Positions 11,481 through 24,340 of a DNA stretch of 64,000 nt are shown here, piece after piece. The position numbers and the translations under genes were made by a program. Under the pieces are notes generated by a model. It ran no database searches, was not told the DNA's origin, and saw only the letters and a program-made list of their open reading frames with translations. Numbering within the stretch: position 1 is the first letter of the stretch; the number at the start of each line of letters is the position of its first letter. This DNA comes from Octopus bimaculoides (lineage: Eukaryota): positions 12,082,759 through 12,146,758 of the forward strand of contig NC_068995.1 in NCBI RefSeq assembly GCF_001194135.2, given 5' to 3'.

Positions 11481-13398
11481 CTTACCTTTCTTCTTTATAT
11501 CTTCAGTCTCTATCTTCCTGCTTGATACCCCCTTACCTGCCCCCCCCCCATCTCTCTCTTGTTTTCTTTCTCTGCTTTACAAACACAACGGCAACAACAG
11601 AATCTAAGAACAATGAATTTCAAGAAACCAAAGGCTTCTTTTCTTTTTCTATTCTCCTCAGCCATTTTTAGCCCCGAGTCAACCCCGAGTGCGCAGATAT
11701 ATAACCAAATGTATTCCTGCCGTAACCCTCCCATTTTTTAAAAGAAATCTGTAAGATTACATTATCTAATATGGCCTTTCCTTACTTAAAGATGAGAGCA
11801 TCAAATCTAAGAGGGATGTAGCTACTGTTTCTAAAACTAACGAGTACAGCAAATACATAAGGGCTTCTTTCTTCGCCGTTTGGATTGGTTTGGTCGAGAG
11901 AGTAAAAACGAATCGATATTTTAAATATCTGAAATTTTATACAAAATTGTGTCGGTAGTATTACTTAACGTTTGAACAAATAATGCATATATCAATACGG
12001 AATTGGTAAATATTGACTATCTCTGAAGTGAGATTCTCTGGCAAATGTCCAAAGAACAAACCAACTATTTACCTCTCACACGCCAAAGTGTAGTTTATAT
12101 TCTTCCTATTTTCTTCGTCATTTTCCATTATATTGTCTTCACGTTTTTCCCACCTATTTTTTCTGCTTTTACTTATTATTTCTTCTCTCTTTCTCTCTAA
12201 CTCTCTCTCTCCCTCCCTCTCTCTCATCCACTTCTTTATCTCTGTTTTTTTTAACCTTGGTTTTTCTTTCGATGTGGTACTTTTTGTTTCTTTTTGTTTT
12301 CTGTTTTTCGTTGTGTTCTGTTCTGTTGTTTTCTTTTTTTTTTTTCACTTTCATTCATAACAGATGCAAAGCTGATATGGTGTGCTTTCTACGTCACCAA
12401 ATAAAGCAAACAATAGACTAGGATAGATAATATTATTATAATATTGTACTAAATGCTTAGCATTTTCCCTCTTAATAACCTATATATATATATATATATA
12501 TAAGGTACATACATACATTATAAATACATGAATACATATGCATGGAAATATCCATACGTTTATCCAATGCATACATACATACTTCAATATGTATGTATGT
12601 ACGTATGTAAGAAGTAAAACATTGCGACGGAAAAATAAGCAGCATATGAAGGGCTTACTAAATATAAGACGCACTTAACTTCACTCATTCAAGAGCTTAA
12701 CCAAACTTCAATCACATGGTTTATGACGTATTAAGAGATTACTGTGCGAAAGTATTGCTCAGAAGAAGCAGCACATTCTTTTTGTATTTGAACATTAATA
12801 GAAGATTAGAAGCAAAGCGAAGCTTTATAAAATCCAATTAGAATACTTGAAGGTTATAAGCGAGCACGAAATATGAACAATAACGATTTATTTAGCCAAC
12901 AATGCGAGTTAATTTATATAAACCATCTGAACATATTGTGTTACATTTATAATTAATAGTTATCCAGAGCTTACTTCAAAGCTAGTTGTCGAATAAAAGA
13001 CGCATGAGAACGGTTGCTTCTTTTTGCATAAGTGTATTACATATTTCTACGACACGAAGCGTAGTGGTTAGGGGTGTGAGCCTCACGATCATAAGGTCTT
13101 GGGTTCGATTCAGTAACCTCTTAGCATTCAATTAATTCTGTCAAAAAGTAATGTTTATTTATTCACATTGTTTTAAATTAATCATGTATTGTCTCATACC
13201 TTTCAGGTTTTGATGAGACAACTGTTAATGTATAGAATGGTATTGTAGGGCTGGTGTGAAAGGCCAGATCTGGCCAGTTTGAACATGAAACAGGTAGAAT
13301 AATTTGGCCTGATATGGTCACGCTGTTCCAGTTTACTTAACTGCAAATGCGTAACAACTGACTTATGGTACGACTTTCTTTCCGTCTCCATTAGTCAC

Positions 13399-13470
13399 CT
13401 CCGAGATATTCCGATGAATCAACGGTTGAAGGGCAGTGAACAGGTTCTTTGCTCACGATTATACATGCAT
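13399..13470 (-). CDS. Candidate 72-nt exon (DACIIVSKEPVHCPSTVDSSEYLG)
   Basis: Acceptor cgctttcgctgttatag|, donor GAG|gtgact; phase 1->1 compatible with the 13710 exon. Confidence 0.4.
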
Positions 13471-13709
13471 CTATAACAGCGAAAGCGTGGTAGAAATCTC
13501 CATGGCATTCTCACTTATTAGTAACACCTATGTTGCCGTATTAAGAAAAGACTTAGAATATAACCGGGTGCTATCTGGAAATCTGTACGAAGAATTTAAA
13601 CCCAACCGAAGGATTTAAACCCAACAGCTACTTCCCTGGCCAACACGAATTTTTCTTGTTGCCCGACGACTAAGAATAGCAGAAAATGTTCACACTATTC
13701 GCACCTTAC

Positions 13710-13760
13710 CGTTTCCAAAAGCGAAAGCCACTCTGGATGGCGCAGTTCTAGATACACGCA
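13710..13760 (-). CDS. Candidate 51-nt exon (RVSRTAPSRVAFAFGN or CVYLELRHPEWLSLLET)
   Basis: Acceptor attattttctaatag|, strong donor ACG|gtaagg; length is a multiple of 3. Confidence 0.4.
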
Positions 13761-13799
13761 CTATTAGAAAATAATGGCTTTTGAATTTCAAGTGTGTGG

Positions 13800-13948
13800 T
13801 GTAGGTTCGATATCATCGATTCTAGTACTTTCTTGGTACTTTATTTTCTCAATCCTTGAAGGATGTCTATCAAAGTTGACCCCGCCGGGATTTGAACTCA
13901 GATTGTAAAGAACCTGAACTTTTAACGTTTCTCCCAGCTCCCCGCTAT
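13800..13948 (-). mobile_element. Degenerate family-A SINE
   Basis: gaaggatg...aaagttgaccccgccgggatttgaactcag. Confidence 0.7.
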
Positions 13949-14984
13949 ACTCCGCTTGGAAGTATTAAGACGCATTAGTCATCATTGGGCAGTTTTTGCT
14001 AAGGTTAAGCAAATCCCCCTCCACCTCCTCCTCTTACTACTACTACTACTACTATCATCTCTGAATGAAATTTTTACAGAGTTGACTGTCTTTCAAACCA
14101 ATGCTTTTATACAGTTCATTCCGGGCGACTTACGTATGTGAATCGTGTTTATGTTGGTTTTATTTATTCTATAAAGAACTTGGTGTTAACACTATTCTTC
14201 GTTATACGTTTCGAGCAAGCCAATTCATTCTTGGTGGACTGAATTTCTGGTGGTGACAGACAAGGAATATTATTTGCAACTCGGGAGCGGAACACATGCC
14301 AGGCAGAATAATTTTGTTTATTATAATCTTGAAGAACTGCAGATTTTTTTGTTTTCAGTTTTCTTGCCAATGCCTAGGTCTGTCGCCAATATCAGTAAAT
14401 CACAAACGCATACACATGCGACTAGTCACTCTCTATTTAAATTACTCATATTACTTAGGTCGTAAATGTGTTCTACACATTTTTATAAGTCCTAAAGCTG
14501 CTAGAAACAATCTCTGAAATTGGATGTGCTTATGACGTTTATTGAGCCAGAAATACATAGCCACAGCTGTCCTCGTATCTCCAGACAATAATCCTGTCTT
14601 TTTTTTTTTTCATTATGGCATGCTGTTGGATTTAATTGTCATTAAGTGATTATAATACAACCTCTGGAGGCGGAGATAATTGTAATAAATTAAGAATTCA
14701 TGTCTTATGTGATATACCTGGATTTATCTATGTTCAAATATATCTACTGAACACTGCGTTATTTCTTTCAGTACATCTGTGTTGAAATTATATATAAATA
14801 TAAATACAGAGTTTGGATAGGATTTCTGAAGTTCTTGCTCAAGCTTTTATTTTCTCTGACAAACAGAGCAATCTAATTTTTATTAGTACAGGTTTTACTG
14901 TCATACATGAAATCCAGCTTATTATCGTTTCAAAACTATTCCTAGTAGTAGTAGTAACAGCAGCTGCAGTAATAGTAGTAGTTG

Positions 14985-15282
14985 TAGCAGCCGCCACAGT
15001 AGTTGTAGTAGTTGCAGCATTAACTTTAATAATAGTTGTTCCAAATTTTGGCACAAGGCCCGCAATTTTGTGGAAGAGGCTGAATCGATTACATTGATCC
15101 CAATGCCTGACTGGTACTTATTTTATCGAATCCTGCCACCACCACTACAAAAAGAAAATGTTTGAAGGCAAAGTTGACCCTAGCGACAGTTGAACTCAGA
15201 ACGTGAAGTCGAAAGAAATGCCACTTTGCATTTAGCTTTTTTTCCCCATCCGGAGCGGTAACGATTCTGCCAGCTTGCCGCT
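14985..15282 (-). mobile_element. Family-A SINE
   Basis: actggtacttattttatcga...ggcaaagttgacc...gaactcagaacg...ttctgccagcttgccgc. Confidence 0.8.
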
Positions 15283-16049
15283 TGAATATTGCTGAAGACG
15301 GTGCGTTTGGATTTTACTTATTTCACATTACTGTCAATAATTTTTGTTGTTTTTTCGTCACAAAGGTCTCCCTTTAAACAGCAGTTAAGCATTGCACCAC
15401 AAACCTGAGGTTCGTGTCTGCCGAAATGTAAAGAGAATATTAAGAGCGCTAAGTGTCAACTTTTACGACTCAATGTCTGAAGCAATCAAAGCGACAGTAT
15501 ATGAAAGAAGTTATGTCACAGCTGTAATGTTATTAATATGTAATACAGAACTTTGTCATAAATCAACTGTTACACCATTCACTGTCTTATATAAAAAAAA
15601 ATAACAAAACTTAAATTGTCAAATAAATCATTTTAACTTTTGTACTTTATAATGATTAAACTTTTAAAAAAAATGTTTTGGCGTCAAAAGAGAATGCAAT
15701 GGTTAAATTGAAAGTGCCTGAATTTTGTTACTGACTGTTCTTGAAATGAGCTAAATTTTCTTTCAGTTTAACATACATTTTGAACAGGGAAAATTAACAC
15801 CGATATAGTCCTAGATACTTGTAAACGTGATAAACGAGATTTATGCTTCGTCATCGATCACAGCTTTGCTCAGTTATTGTTAACTAGAGTTAAACAATAC
15901 CAATATATTTCTAAGATATAGACATTATATTGATGTGGATAGAAATAGCAGCTCTCTGAAATTGTGTTCTTGAAATTGCACACTTCTATCAATTATGAAA
16001 AACAACAAACGACACACAGGATATCAGTGTGTTAGAGTGAATCCTTTAC

Positions 16050-16191
16050 CTCATGTGACCACCACCACCACTGGGTCCTTGGGTTCTTTCAGTCGTTGTG
16101 ACTCTGTTGCAAGAATTTGGATTGGATCTCTGGTCTGAATATACTTTTCACCCACTAGTCCCTGATGGTAGTCATGCATCTGCCATTTGTT
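16050..16191 (-). other. Candidate exon, coding status unclear (NKWQMHDYHQGLV...)
   Basis: Strong acceptor tttattctttcgtctcttggacacag| and donor GAG|gtaaag, but the frame stops just before this donor; an internal gtgaaa donor at 16151 is possible. Confidence 0.25.
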
Positions 16192-16339
16192 CTGTGTCCA
16201 AGAGACGAAAGAATAAAAAGGAAAATATATAGTCCAGAATAAAAAAAAAGAAAACTATAGGATGGCCAAAGTTGGAATAGTTTGATCGTAATTCTGCCTG
16301 ATACGTACTGAGCCGAAGTTTAATAACATTAGCAAGATC

Positions 16340-16915
16340 AATAACAATTTCAGTAAGGATTCTCACAACATGGGTAAGTCGATTACATCAACCCCAGTGC
16401 TCAACTGGGAAATTACTTTATTCACCCCGAAAGCATGAAGTGCAAAGTCAGCCTCTGCAGAATTTGAACTCAGAACGTAAAGGGCGGACGAAATGCTGCT
16501 AAGAATTTTGTCCGGCATGTTAACGATTCCGGCAGTTCACCGCCTTATCACAAAATTTTTGTCTCCTACATCAAGGCTGATTTTGGTTCTAAAAACTAAC
16601 ATTATCGATTTGGTCATTGACTTTGCAGAGTGACGTTGTGCATGATAAGATTCCAGCTGTCGACTGTATTACTTATAAAGCGTCAACATCTCCGTTTAGC
16701 TAAACAGTTTGACTAACTCTTAAGAGAATATTGGCTTGAAATTTTAGCACAAAGCCAGCAAGTTTGGGTCAAGGTGTAAGTCGATTAGAGCGCCCTCAGT
16801 GCTTATTTTATCGTTCAAAAATAATGAAAGGCAAGGTCAATCATAGCAGGATATGACTTCTGAACTTAAAGACGGAGGAAATGCCTTTAAGCGTTTTATA
16901 TGGCACGCTCACTGC
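16340..16915 (-). mobile_element. Two family-A SINEs (about 16340-16545 and 16735-16915)
   Basis: Same core and head motifs, reverse complemented. Confidence 0.75.
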
Positions 16916-17139
16916 CCTAACTTTTAAAATAACATCCGTAGCTATGATCATAATTCTAGCCAACATAAACACCGTCATCTCAAGCTAAATGAGGAGAAGC
17001 TAGAAATAGCTAGAAAGAGTAACGAAACATCTTTCATCGGTGTAGGTCATTGTTATGGCAAGAGAAAAGAAAGAATGCTCGCGGATGTTATGTCCGAGAT
17101 GAAACGTGCGCTCTGCTACGTCATTCACAACAGGCTCAC

Positions 17140-17168
17140 CATAATCGTCAGCATGAACATTATCACAG
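17140..17168 (-). CDS. Candidate 29-nt exon (frame uncertain: VIMFMLTIM or CDNVHADDY)
   Basis: Acceptor gtattttag|, strong donor ATG|gtgagc. Confidence 0.3.
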
Positions 17169-17280
17169 CTAAAATACATCGGGTACTGCGTAGTGCAAGC
17201 ATTTCATACCGACACGTAGATATAAGTAAGGGTAGACGTAATATTTATATTTTTGTATGGGTTCGGTAGAATGAAATAGC

Positions 17281-17328
<48 letters not shown>

Positions 17329-17346
17329 CGTTTCTANNNNNNNNNN

Positions 17347-17381
<35 letters not shown>

Positions 17382-17386
17382 TGATG

Positions 17387-17449
<63 letters not shown>

Positions 17450-17450
17450 G
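17281..17450. repeat. (AAT)n microsatellite with a gap
   Basis: Direct inspection. Confidence 0.95.
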
Positions 17451-18204
17451 TAACGACAAAAACAACAAGAATAATTATAATAAAGTGTGAAGTAAAATCA
17501 AATAATCAAATATAATTGAAGAATTGAAGAAACAGTAAAGAAGTTAAAGATAGGAAATCGCAAAATAGAATGCATATTTAATGAAATTACAAAAAGGTTT
17601 GGAAAAATAGGTTTGTTTAAATTCAATGAATGCTAATGTAGTTATTATGTTAATTTTAGTATAAAATTAGATTTGACAGTGTTATGATAAAATGAATTCA
17701 TACAACTGTTCCTTAAAATATGAAGACAATTCTGCTGAGATGAAGTAATGGAATGATTACAAATATTGATGGGTGGATTTTTTGTATGTTCTTGCTTTGT
17801 TTCTTGTTCTTATTTCTTGTTTTAATTATATTTTTGCTTTGTTCTGTTGTTTGTTTAATAATTCTTGTAATAATCTCAAGAGTATTTAAAGAACATTGTC
17901 GCAAACAAAGGAATTATGTTTTAATATTAAAATTGTGTGTTCACGGTAAAAATGGCCGAGTCACTGGAAGCCTGGACCGGATTATATTTTTTATCGTATA
18001 CGGTTTTGTTCGGCTTCGTTGTACTGATTTCAAATCTCACGGGATTCTCGTCATCTTACATCATTCCGAGAAAACAAAATAAGCGATAGTAATGCAATGA
18101 ACGAATGCGTATTCCCATCCTTATAGCGGAGTTTCAAGGTCCTCAGATTCAACCACAACTCCTTTCTATTCACAGCATTCCCGTGGTGCACCCACAAACA
18201 TCAC

Positions 18205-18345
18205 CAGAATTCTCCCCGTCCAGACCTTGATGTAATCGCTTCATGTTTAACATTAACATCCATGATCCCGCTTTCCATTCTCGCAGCCTCCGAAAGTAGA
18301 TTAAATTTCTACATCCTTCTTTCCCTTCACCCGTCCCATATGGGC
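18205..18345 (-). CDS. Candidate exon (GPYGTGEGKEGCRNLIYFRRLREWKAGSWMLMLNMKRLHQGLDGENS)
   Basis: Acceptor tttctttaaatgcag|; phase 1 compatible with the 21481 exon; locally GC-richer; donor gtgatg tentative. Confidence 0.3.
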
Positions 18346-18677
18346 CTGCATTTAAAGAAACCATGTAAAAAATATACAACGAAGCTCTTTTGCTATGCAG
18401 CGCTGGGAAATAATTCATACAAATGATTTGCTTCTTGAACGACGTTGTATGAACACGATTAATGACAACTTATCAACGAACTTTATTAATCTTTTCAAAT
18501 ATAGATGAAACTATCAAACAATCTTTTATTATTAAGAAAATATGTAAACTTAATTCATAAAATATACAATAAAACATCTAATAACTCTCTGAAATTACTG
18601 GTCTTGCTTCGAAATCTGAAGTCAATATTATTACAGTTACCTCAATACAATAGATTGTGATGCTATTGTATGGTCTG

Positions 18678-19058
18678 TGGAGGTGCAATAGCCCAGTGGT
18701 TAGGGCAGCGGACTCGCGGGCGTAGGATCGCGGTTTCGATTCCCAGACCGGGCATTCTGAGTGTTTATTGAGCGAAAACACCTAAAGCTCCACGAGGCTC
18801 TGGCTGAGGATGGTGGTGAACCCTGCTGTACTCTTTCACCACAGCTGTCTCTCACTCTTTCTTCCTGTTCCTGTTGTAAATGCATTTCAAAGGGCCAGCC
18901 TTGTCACACTTTGTGTCACACTGAATCTCCCCAAGAACTACGTTGAGGGTATACGTGTCTGTGGAGTGCTCAGCCACTTGCACGTTAATTTTACGAGCAG
19001 GCTGTTCCGTTGATCGGATCAACTGGAATCCTCGTCATCGTAGTCGACGGAGTGCCAA
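18678..19058 (+). mobile_element. tRNA(Arg)-like SINE family B, full length
   Basis: A and B boxes, TCG in the anticodon loop, tail cacgttaattt.acgagcaggctgttccgttgatcgg...gacggagtgcca; 8-bp TSD tggtctgt (18671-18678 and 19069-19076). Confidence 0.9.
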
Positions 19059-20518
19059 CCACCAAGTCTGGTCTGTAACAATGAAGCACATGGTAAAGCG
19101 GTAATTAATTGTGCTAATTAATGATCGAGTTCGAAACCCGTCAGTTAACTTCAGCATTGCATATTATCCAAACGTTAGCCTGAAGGAAATATTTACTGCA
19201 GTCAGTTCAACATAGTAATATGCTCCAACAAGCTGGTACAAATTCTAATTGTATACAGTCAATGGATCACCAACTGACCGGAGTACACACAAATCTAAGG
19301 AGCTAGTGCTTTGGGGCGACAAGGTGACGTCTCAGTATATAGAATTGCGAGTTAGAACAGCAGGAGTGAAATGGTGTACAGGGTTTATGTTATTCAGAAG
19401 AATCAAACCTCCACCTTCGCATCTCAAATCTCACAAGATACCATTGTACTTGCTATCCATTTAGCGCGAGTAAATACTGTGCTGTATATATCGATTAATC
19501 GTATATACTTCTGCCTCCAATAATAATTATACATGGATCTGATGAAAGTGAAATCAATGTTGTCTTCTACACTGCGACGGAGGTCGATGACTCAACAGAA
19601 CGCCATGCTAGATTATTTTCATGTTTATCATTTTTTTCCTTCTCCCACCCCCTTTTTGGTATAGATTTCATTAGTTTATATTTCTGAGCACAAATCCTTC
19701 GAGAGTCAACTATGGTCATCATCATGCCAGAAAGTCAATAAAATAATAAATAGCCTTAATAAAATAAGGTCGATTCAATCAAAGCAGCTAAAGATTCATT
19801 AGGAAAAACAACAAACAAAAACTGTATTATATGAGTGACTCAAGGGAGCCTTGTAATATAGGAAATCAGCTACCGTCGATTCGTATCCTTGAGTCGTTGT
19901 TTTTTATATCCTAATCTGACGCATTTACAGTTTCCATTTTATCAAATTGGTTATTTATTTCTTGTGACAAGTCAACCAGTTAGTTGATGGACACGTGAAT
20001 ATATGTTGTTCCTTTGGAGATTTCATACAAAAGACGTTGCATTTGTTTGTAATCCGTTGTGATTCCATTTCTTCGATTTATGTACCGTTTTTGCATGTTT
20101 GATTGAAAGCTGTACCTGACTGATCGGGAGTGTTGTACAAGAGCCGAGAGATATGAGAGTCATTGATACGTCACTGGTTCTGTGCTGTGTTTCATGGTGA
20201 AGACAATTCATAAACCGCAGATGACCATTTCTGACGACTTGTATTTTGCTTGTAACAACGAGGGAATCTTTACTTGATCGATCGATGCACAAGAAATAGC
20301 TGTTCGATTTCCTTCAAATCACACCCTATCGTCTTTAAAATGTATTAGAAATATTTCGGAAATAATTCAGAACTTATATATACACTGTGTTTGAATAATT
20401 ATAGGTTAGATAATGAAAACACTATACATACATACAAACATATATGTGTGTGTATATGTTTGTATGTATTATGTATGTATGTATGTATGTATGTACGAAA
20501 TATATACATACATATATA

Positions 20519-20579
<61 letters not shown>

Positions 20580-20582
<3 letters not shown>

Positions 20583-21166
20583 GAAATGGTAGGTGTACTG
20601 TTGACACGATCTTCTCTGCACCGTAGTGATGAACAGCAAATATGACTTTATCTGGTATTCATTGATCTTACTAAGGCTTGTGACTGTCAATCGAACAACT
20701 TTTTGGGGAGATCCTGGGGAGACTTGGAAGATCGGTAAAGTTTCTCCCTATTCTGAAGCAGTTTCGTGATAGCATGGAAGTAAATATCAACATTGGTGGA
20801 AAGCTCTCGGAGCCTGCCTCTATCATGAATGGGGTAGAACAAGGAGACATACTAACACCCACTCTCTTCACCCTTTATTTTACTATAGTCTTTCAATTGG
20901 CTTTCAAAGTCTCCTATGAAGGTATATGTGTGAGATATCGCACGACAGGAAGCATTTTTAACATCAGAAGACTGTCAGCTAAGACAAGGACCTCCTCAAC
21001 TCTTATTATATACCTCTTCTATGCAGATGATTGTGAAATTGTCACTCATACCGAGGAGGAGATGGAAAATCTTATGAATGCAATTTCAATGGCTTGTGAA
21101 GCAATCGGCTTAACCCTAAATATAACCAAAGTTGTTGTCATGTTTCAGAAATCTCGGCACCAGTGA
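20580..21166 (+). mobile_element. Degenerate RTE-clade LINE reverse transcriptase fragment
   Basis: [44 protein letters not shown] motifs; stops and frameshifts. Confidence 0.9.
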
Positions 21167-21171
21167 CGTCG

Positions 21172-21300
21172 CAACACATTTATACAACTGAGTGAAATGG
21201 AGCAACGTAAAACAAAGTGTTTTGCTCAAGAACACAACACGCAGCCAGGTCCGTTTATCAAACTTACTACCTCACGTTTTTAAACCTCACTCTCTAAGCG
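21172..21300 (-). mobile_element. CORE-type SINE fragment terminating the RTE fragment
   Basis: ctgagtgaaatggagcaacgtaaaacaaagtgttttgctcaagaacacaac. Confidence 0.7.
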
Positions 21301-21480
21301 CCTTCAAGACTGTATCTAATGAAAATACGTGATGGACACAGATGGAATACTTTTGGTTATGGATGAACTTGACCAAAGATAATTCAGGATAATGTATTTC
21401 ACAAACCTGTTGTCATTGTTTAACTCGAAATCAGCTTTCGTTATTCAAACCTATAATCTGGTTCTACGGCCACGCCGTAC

Positions 21481-21542
21481 CAATTCTGTCTATTTTTAGA
21501 CTCTGTATATCAAGGTAAGGTATGGTTTTAAGTGCGATGTTA
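21481..21542 (-). CDS. Candidate 62-nt exon (NIALKTIPYLDIQSLKIDRI)
   Basis: Acceptor ccttctaaacgtttcag|, donor G|gtacgg; phase 2->1 continues the previous exon in frame. Confidence 0.5.
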
Positions 21543-21810
21543 CTGAAACGTTTAGAAGGTCAAGTGGCCAAACGTTACTGTTTCCTGTTAAGCTCATATA
21601 CAGATTGTTAAATATTCGTGGTAAGATGTAAGACTCCACAAAGAAATAGAGTGTAAGTGACTATCTAGCTATTGGTTTGGTTCTTACATTCTTTGAGTGG
21701 TGTTTAATTCAAGCACAGTAGCGAATCTTCTTTTTTTTGGTTCTTTTTCAGCATATGACGTAAACTTCCGGTTGTTGACTTTCTTTAGTCTAAATCCTTC
21801 CATGACTTAC

Positions 21811-21960
21811 ATGGACGGTTGACGTAGCCCGTTCCTCTCTCCGGCACCAATACCTGGCACCGAGAGTACATTTGCTAAGATCCACTGAACGCGGTCAGAG
21901 AAAATCGGAAGGGCACCAAATAATTCTTCAGTTGCAAATGGCTGCAATATTTTTGCGAGT
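21811..21960 (-). CDS. Candidate 150-nt exon (LAKILQPFATEELFGALPIFSDRVQWILANVLSVPGIGAGERNGLRQPS)
   Basis: Strong acceptor tctcccttggccatatcttctcag| with a long AG-free zone upstream; canonical donor AT|gtaagt; only one frame open; phase 2->2. Confidence 0.65.
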
Positions 21961-22121
21961 CTGAGAAGATATGGCCAAGGGAGATAATAGACATTAAATT
22001 TCCACAGTTTGAAGGCAGCAAATGGAAAACGTCATCGAAGGCTTGTTAGAATATTTCTTGGTATTTATCCTAATTCTCTACGGTCTGATTTCAAATCCAG
22101 TTGAGGTCTTATATAACTTGC

Positions 22122-22290
22122 ATCTTTGGAGGGTCAGGGAAAGTAGCAATGAAAATATACCAATCTAAAAGGTGGTTAAGCAGCACTATGCGAACATCAG
22201 ATTGGATGACATGAGCTATTTGCACATCTTGAGTTAAAATTCCAACGAGATCTGCTAGGGTGGTAGACTTAGACAGGTCAAACAGATCCA
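22122..22290 (-). CDS. Candidate internal exon of an unidentified multi-exon gene (DLFDLSKSTTLADLVGILTQDVQIAHVIQSDVRIVLLNHLLDWYIFIATFPDPPK)
   Basis: Open frame with globular-protein composition; acceptor ttctaag|, GC donor AT|gcaagt; phase 1->2 matches the next exon. Confidence 0.6.
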
Positions 22291-23259
22291 CTTAGAATCG
22301 TGGGTACCCAGAGTATAATCTACTTCGTTGGAAACATACTCATCAAGTTTCCAGTTTGAGAATTTATTCCTCCTTCCGGCTCACCCACCTACCCACCCCA
22401 CAAGTCTCAGACACTGTATAACGGGTCATGGGCTTTGCATTTTCTCATGATTGAATAAAGATAATAAAAAAGGAAAAAAATATGATAAGTTCATATAAAT
22501 ATGAAATAAATTCTATTCTTCCCATGATGGTCGTTTGAACTGGAAATAATCTCAACAAGACGAAGAAACAACAAATGGTACACCTCCTAGCTAACAGTTA
22601 ATGGCTCAAAAATACAGATATATTTGTTATATTCTACATTTTATTGGAGACAACATATTCATTGTTCAGAACATAAAAAAATATCGAAAGATACTAGAAC
22701 AAACAAAAGCTGCAATGAAATAGGTTTTTTTTTTTGTAGTAGTTCTTGTTTTGTAGCCACTTTTTTTATATATATTCTGTTTTAATCAGAATATTTGCAT
22801 GTATTATAGATTCTTGGGAATTATCTCACATTCACACATTTATTGTTATTGAAATCTAATGATCTCATTAGAAATTGGAGATGTAATTTCACTAATATCA
22901 ATATAGAGAATAAGAGTCCCTTCTCCCTTGTATGTAGAATTTTCGTTTTACTAATGTTAAATGTATTGTATGTTAAAGCGAAAGAAGAGAATACTTTTAC
23001 ACAAATGCGCACAAATTTTCTATAGTCTGTTACACTTTATTTTATTTCTTATCGCTTTGTCTCGCTATTGAAAAACTTCATTGAAACAACATTCTTCTAT
23101 ACTATATTAATTTCCATAAGGATCATTAAAATGGTGCAAATCTATGCTTTTAGAATACATCTTTCATTTTCTCCCGCATATAAATATATCGATTTATTCC
23201 AAAGGCACAATATTAATGTTTGCTCAACATTATTATTATATTCATTGTTGTTGTTGTTG

Positions 23260-23309
<50 letters not shown>

Positions 23310-23430
23310 GTTACTAATATTATCAACGTTGTTAATGTTGGTTTGTTTTGTTATTTTATTTTTGTTTTGTTTTGCTTTTGTTGTTCTAGTTGTATTTCAT
23401 TTTTAGTATCGTAAGTATTGTTGCTATTAC

Positions 23431-23510
23431 GAACACTTTGTCTTTGGATTCTTGACAAATATGGTTCCTTGAAATTCATTTCCATATTTTAAGACGTGTT
23501 GCAGGGTGCA
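23431..23510 (-). CDS. Candidate exon (CTLQHVLKYGNEFQGTIFVKNPKTKCS)
   Basis: Very strong acceptor tttttattttccactccag|, donor TC|gtaata; other frames closed. Confidence 0.45.
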
Positions 23511-23690
23511 CTGGAGTGGAAAATAAAAAAAAAAAAGGAATATCTCTCTGGCGGAACAAAAATAAATAAATAAATACAATAAAATAAATGATAAATGTTT
23601 GAACCTAGAACGAAATGAACCGGAAAAAATACCATGAAGCATCTTGTTCAACGCGCAAATCATTTTGCCAGCTATGTTAGCAATTGTGAA

Positions 23691-23987
23691 GGTGCATGTC
23701 TCAGTGGTTAAAGCGCCGCACTCACAATCATCAGGTAGCGGGTTCGATTCCCAGACCGGGCTGTGTTTTGTGTTCTTGACCAAGACATTTTATTTTACGT
23801 TGCTCCAGGTCACTCAGAGGTAGAAATGAACTGCGATGCTATCGGTGCCAAGCTGTATCGGTCTTTGCCTTCTCCGTGGATAACATCGGTGGCGTGGAGA
23901 AGGGAGGCCGGTATGCACGGGCAACTGCTGGTCTTCCACAAACAGACTTGTCCCTCGGGCGGGAACTTTCTAGGTGCAATCCCATGA
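23691..23987 (+). mobile_element. tRNA/CORE-type SINE with a different 3' tail
   Basis: ctcagtggttaaagc...gggttcgattcccagaccggg...tgtgttcttgaccaagacattttattttacgttgctccag. Confidence 0.85.
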
Positions 23988-23999
23988 GGGAGTTAATGA

Positions 24000-24296
24000 T
24001 GGCGGGGTAGCCACTGGTGGTAGTGGTGGTGATGGTGTCTATGGTGGTGTCCATGACGACGACGGTGGTGGTGATGAGGGTGTGGTGATGGTGGTGGTGT
24101 TTTCCATGGCGATAGTGATGATGATCAAAATCATGATGATGATGATGATGATGATGATGAGCTTGGTGATGGTAATGGTGATGGCGATGGGGATGGTGTG
24201 GTGATAGTTGTAGTGATGGTGATGATGATGACGTTGCCGATGGTGTGAGTAGTTGTCGGGATAGTGTTGGTGGTATGTTGACTATAGTGATGTCAA

Positions 24297-24340
<44 letters not shown>

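Noticed and set aside
10557-11671. 137-259 aa Leu/Ser-rich ORFs
   Set aside because: Translation of the CT-rich tandem repeat, which lacks stop codons
14164-14465. Protein-like ORFs on both strands (LQDYNKQNYSAWHVF...; FLVVTDKEYYLQLGSG...)
   Set aside because: Several frames open, weak splice sites, strand cannot be chosen
19960-20300. 89-aa minus-strand ORF
   Set aside because: No motif, and the only phase-compatible acceptor lies in a repeat-like, purine-rich context
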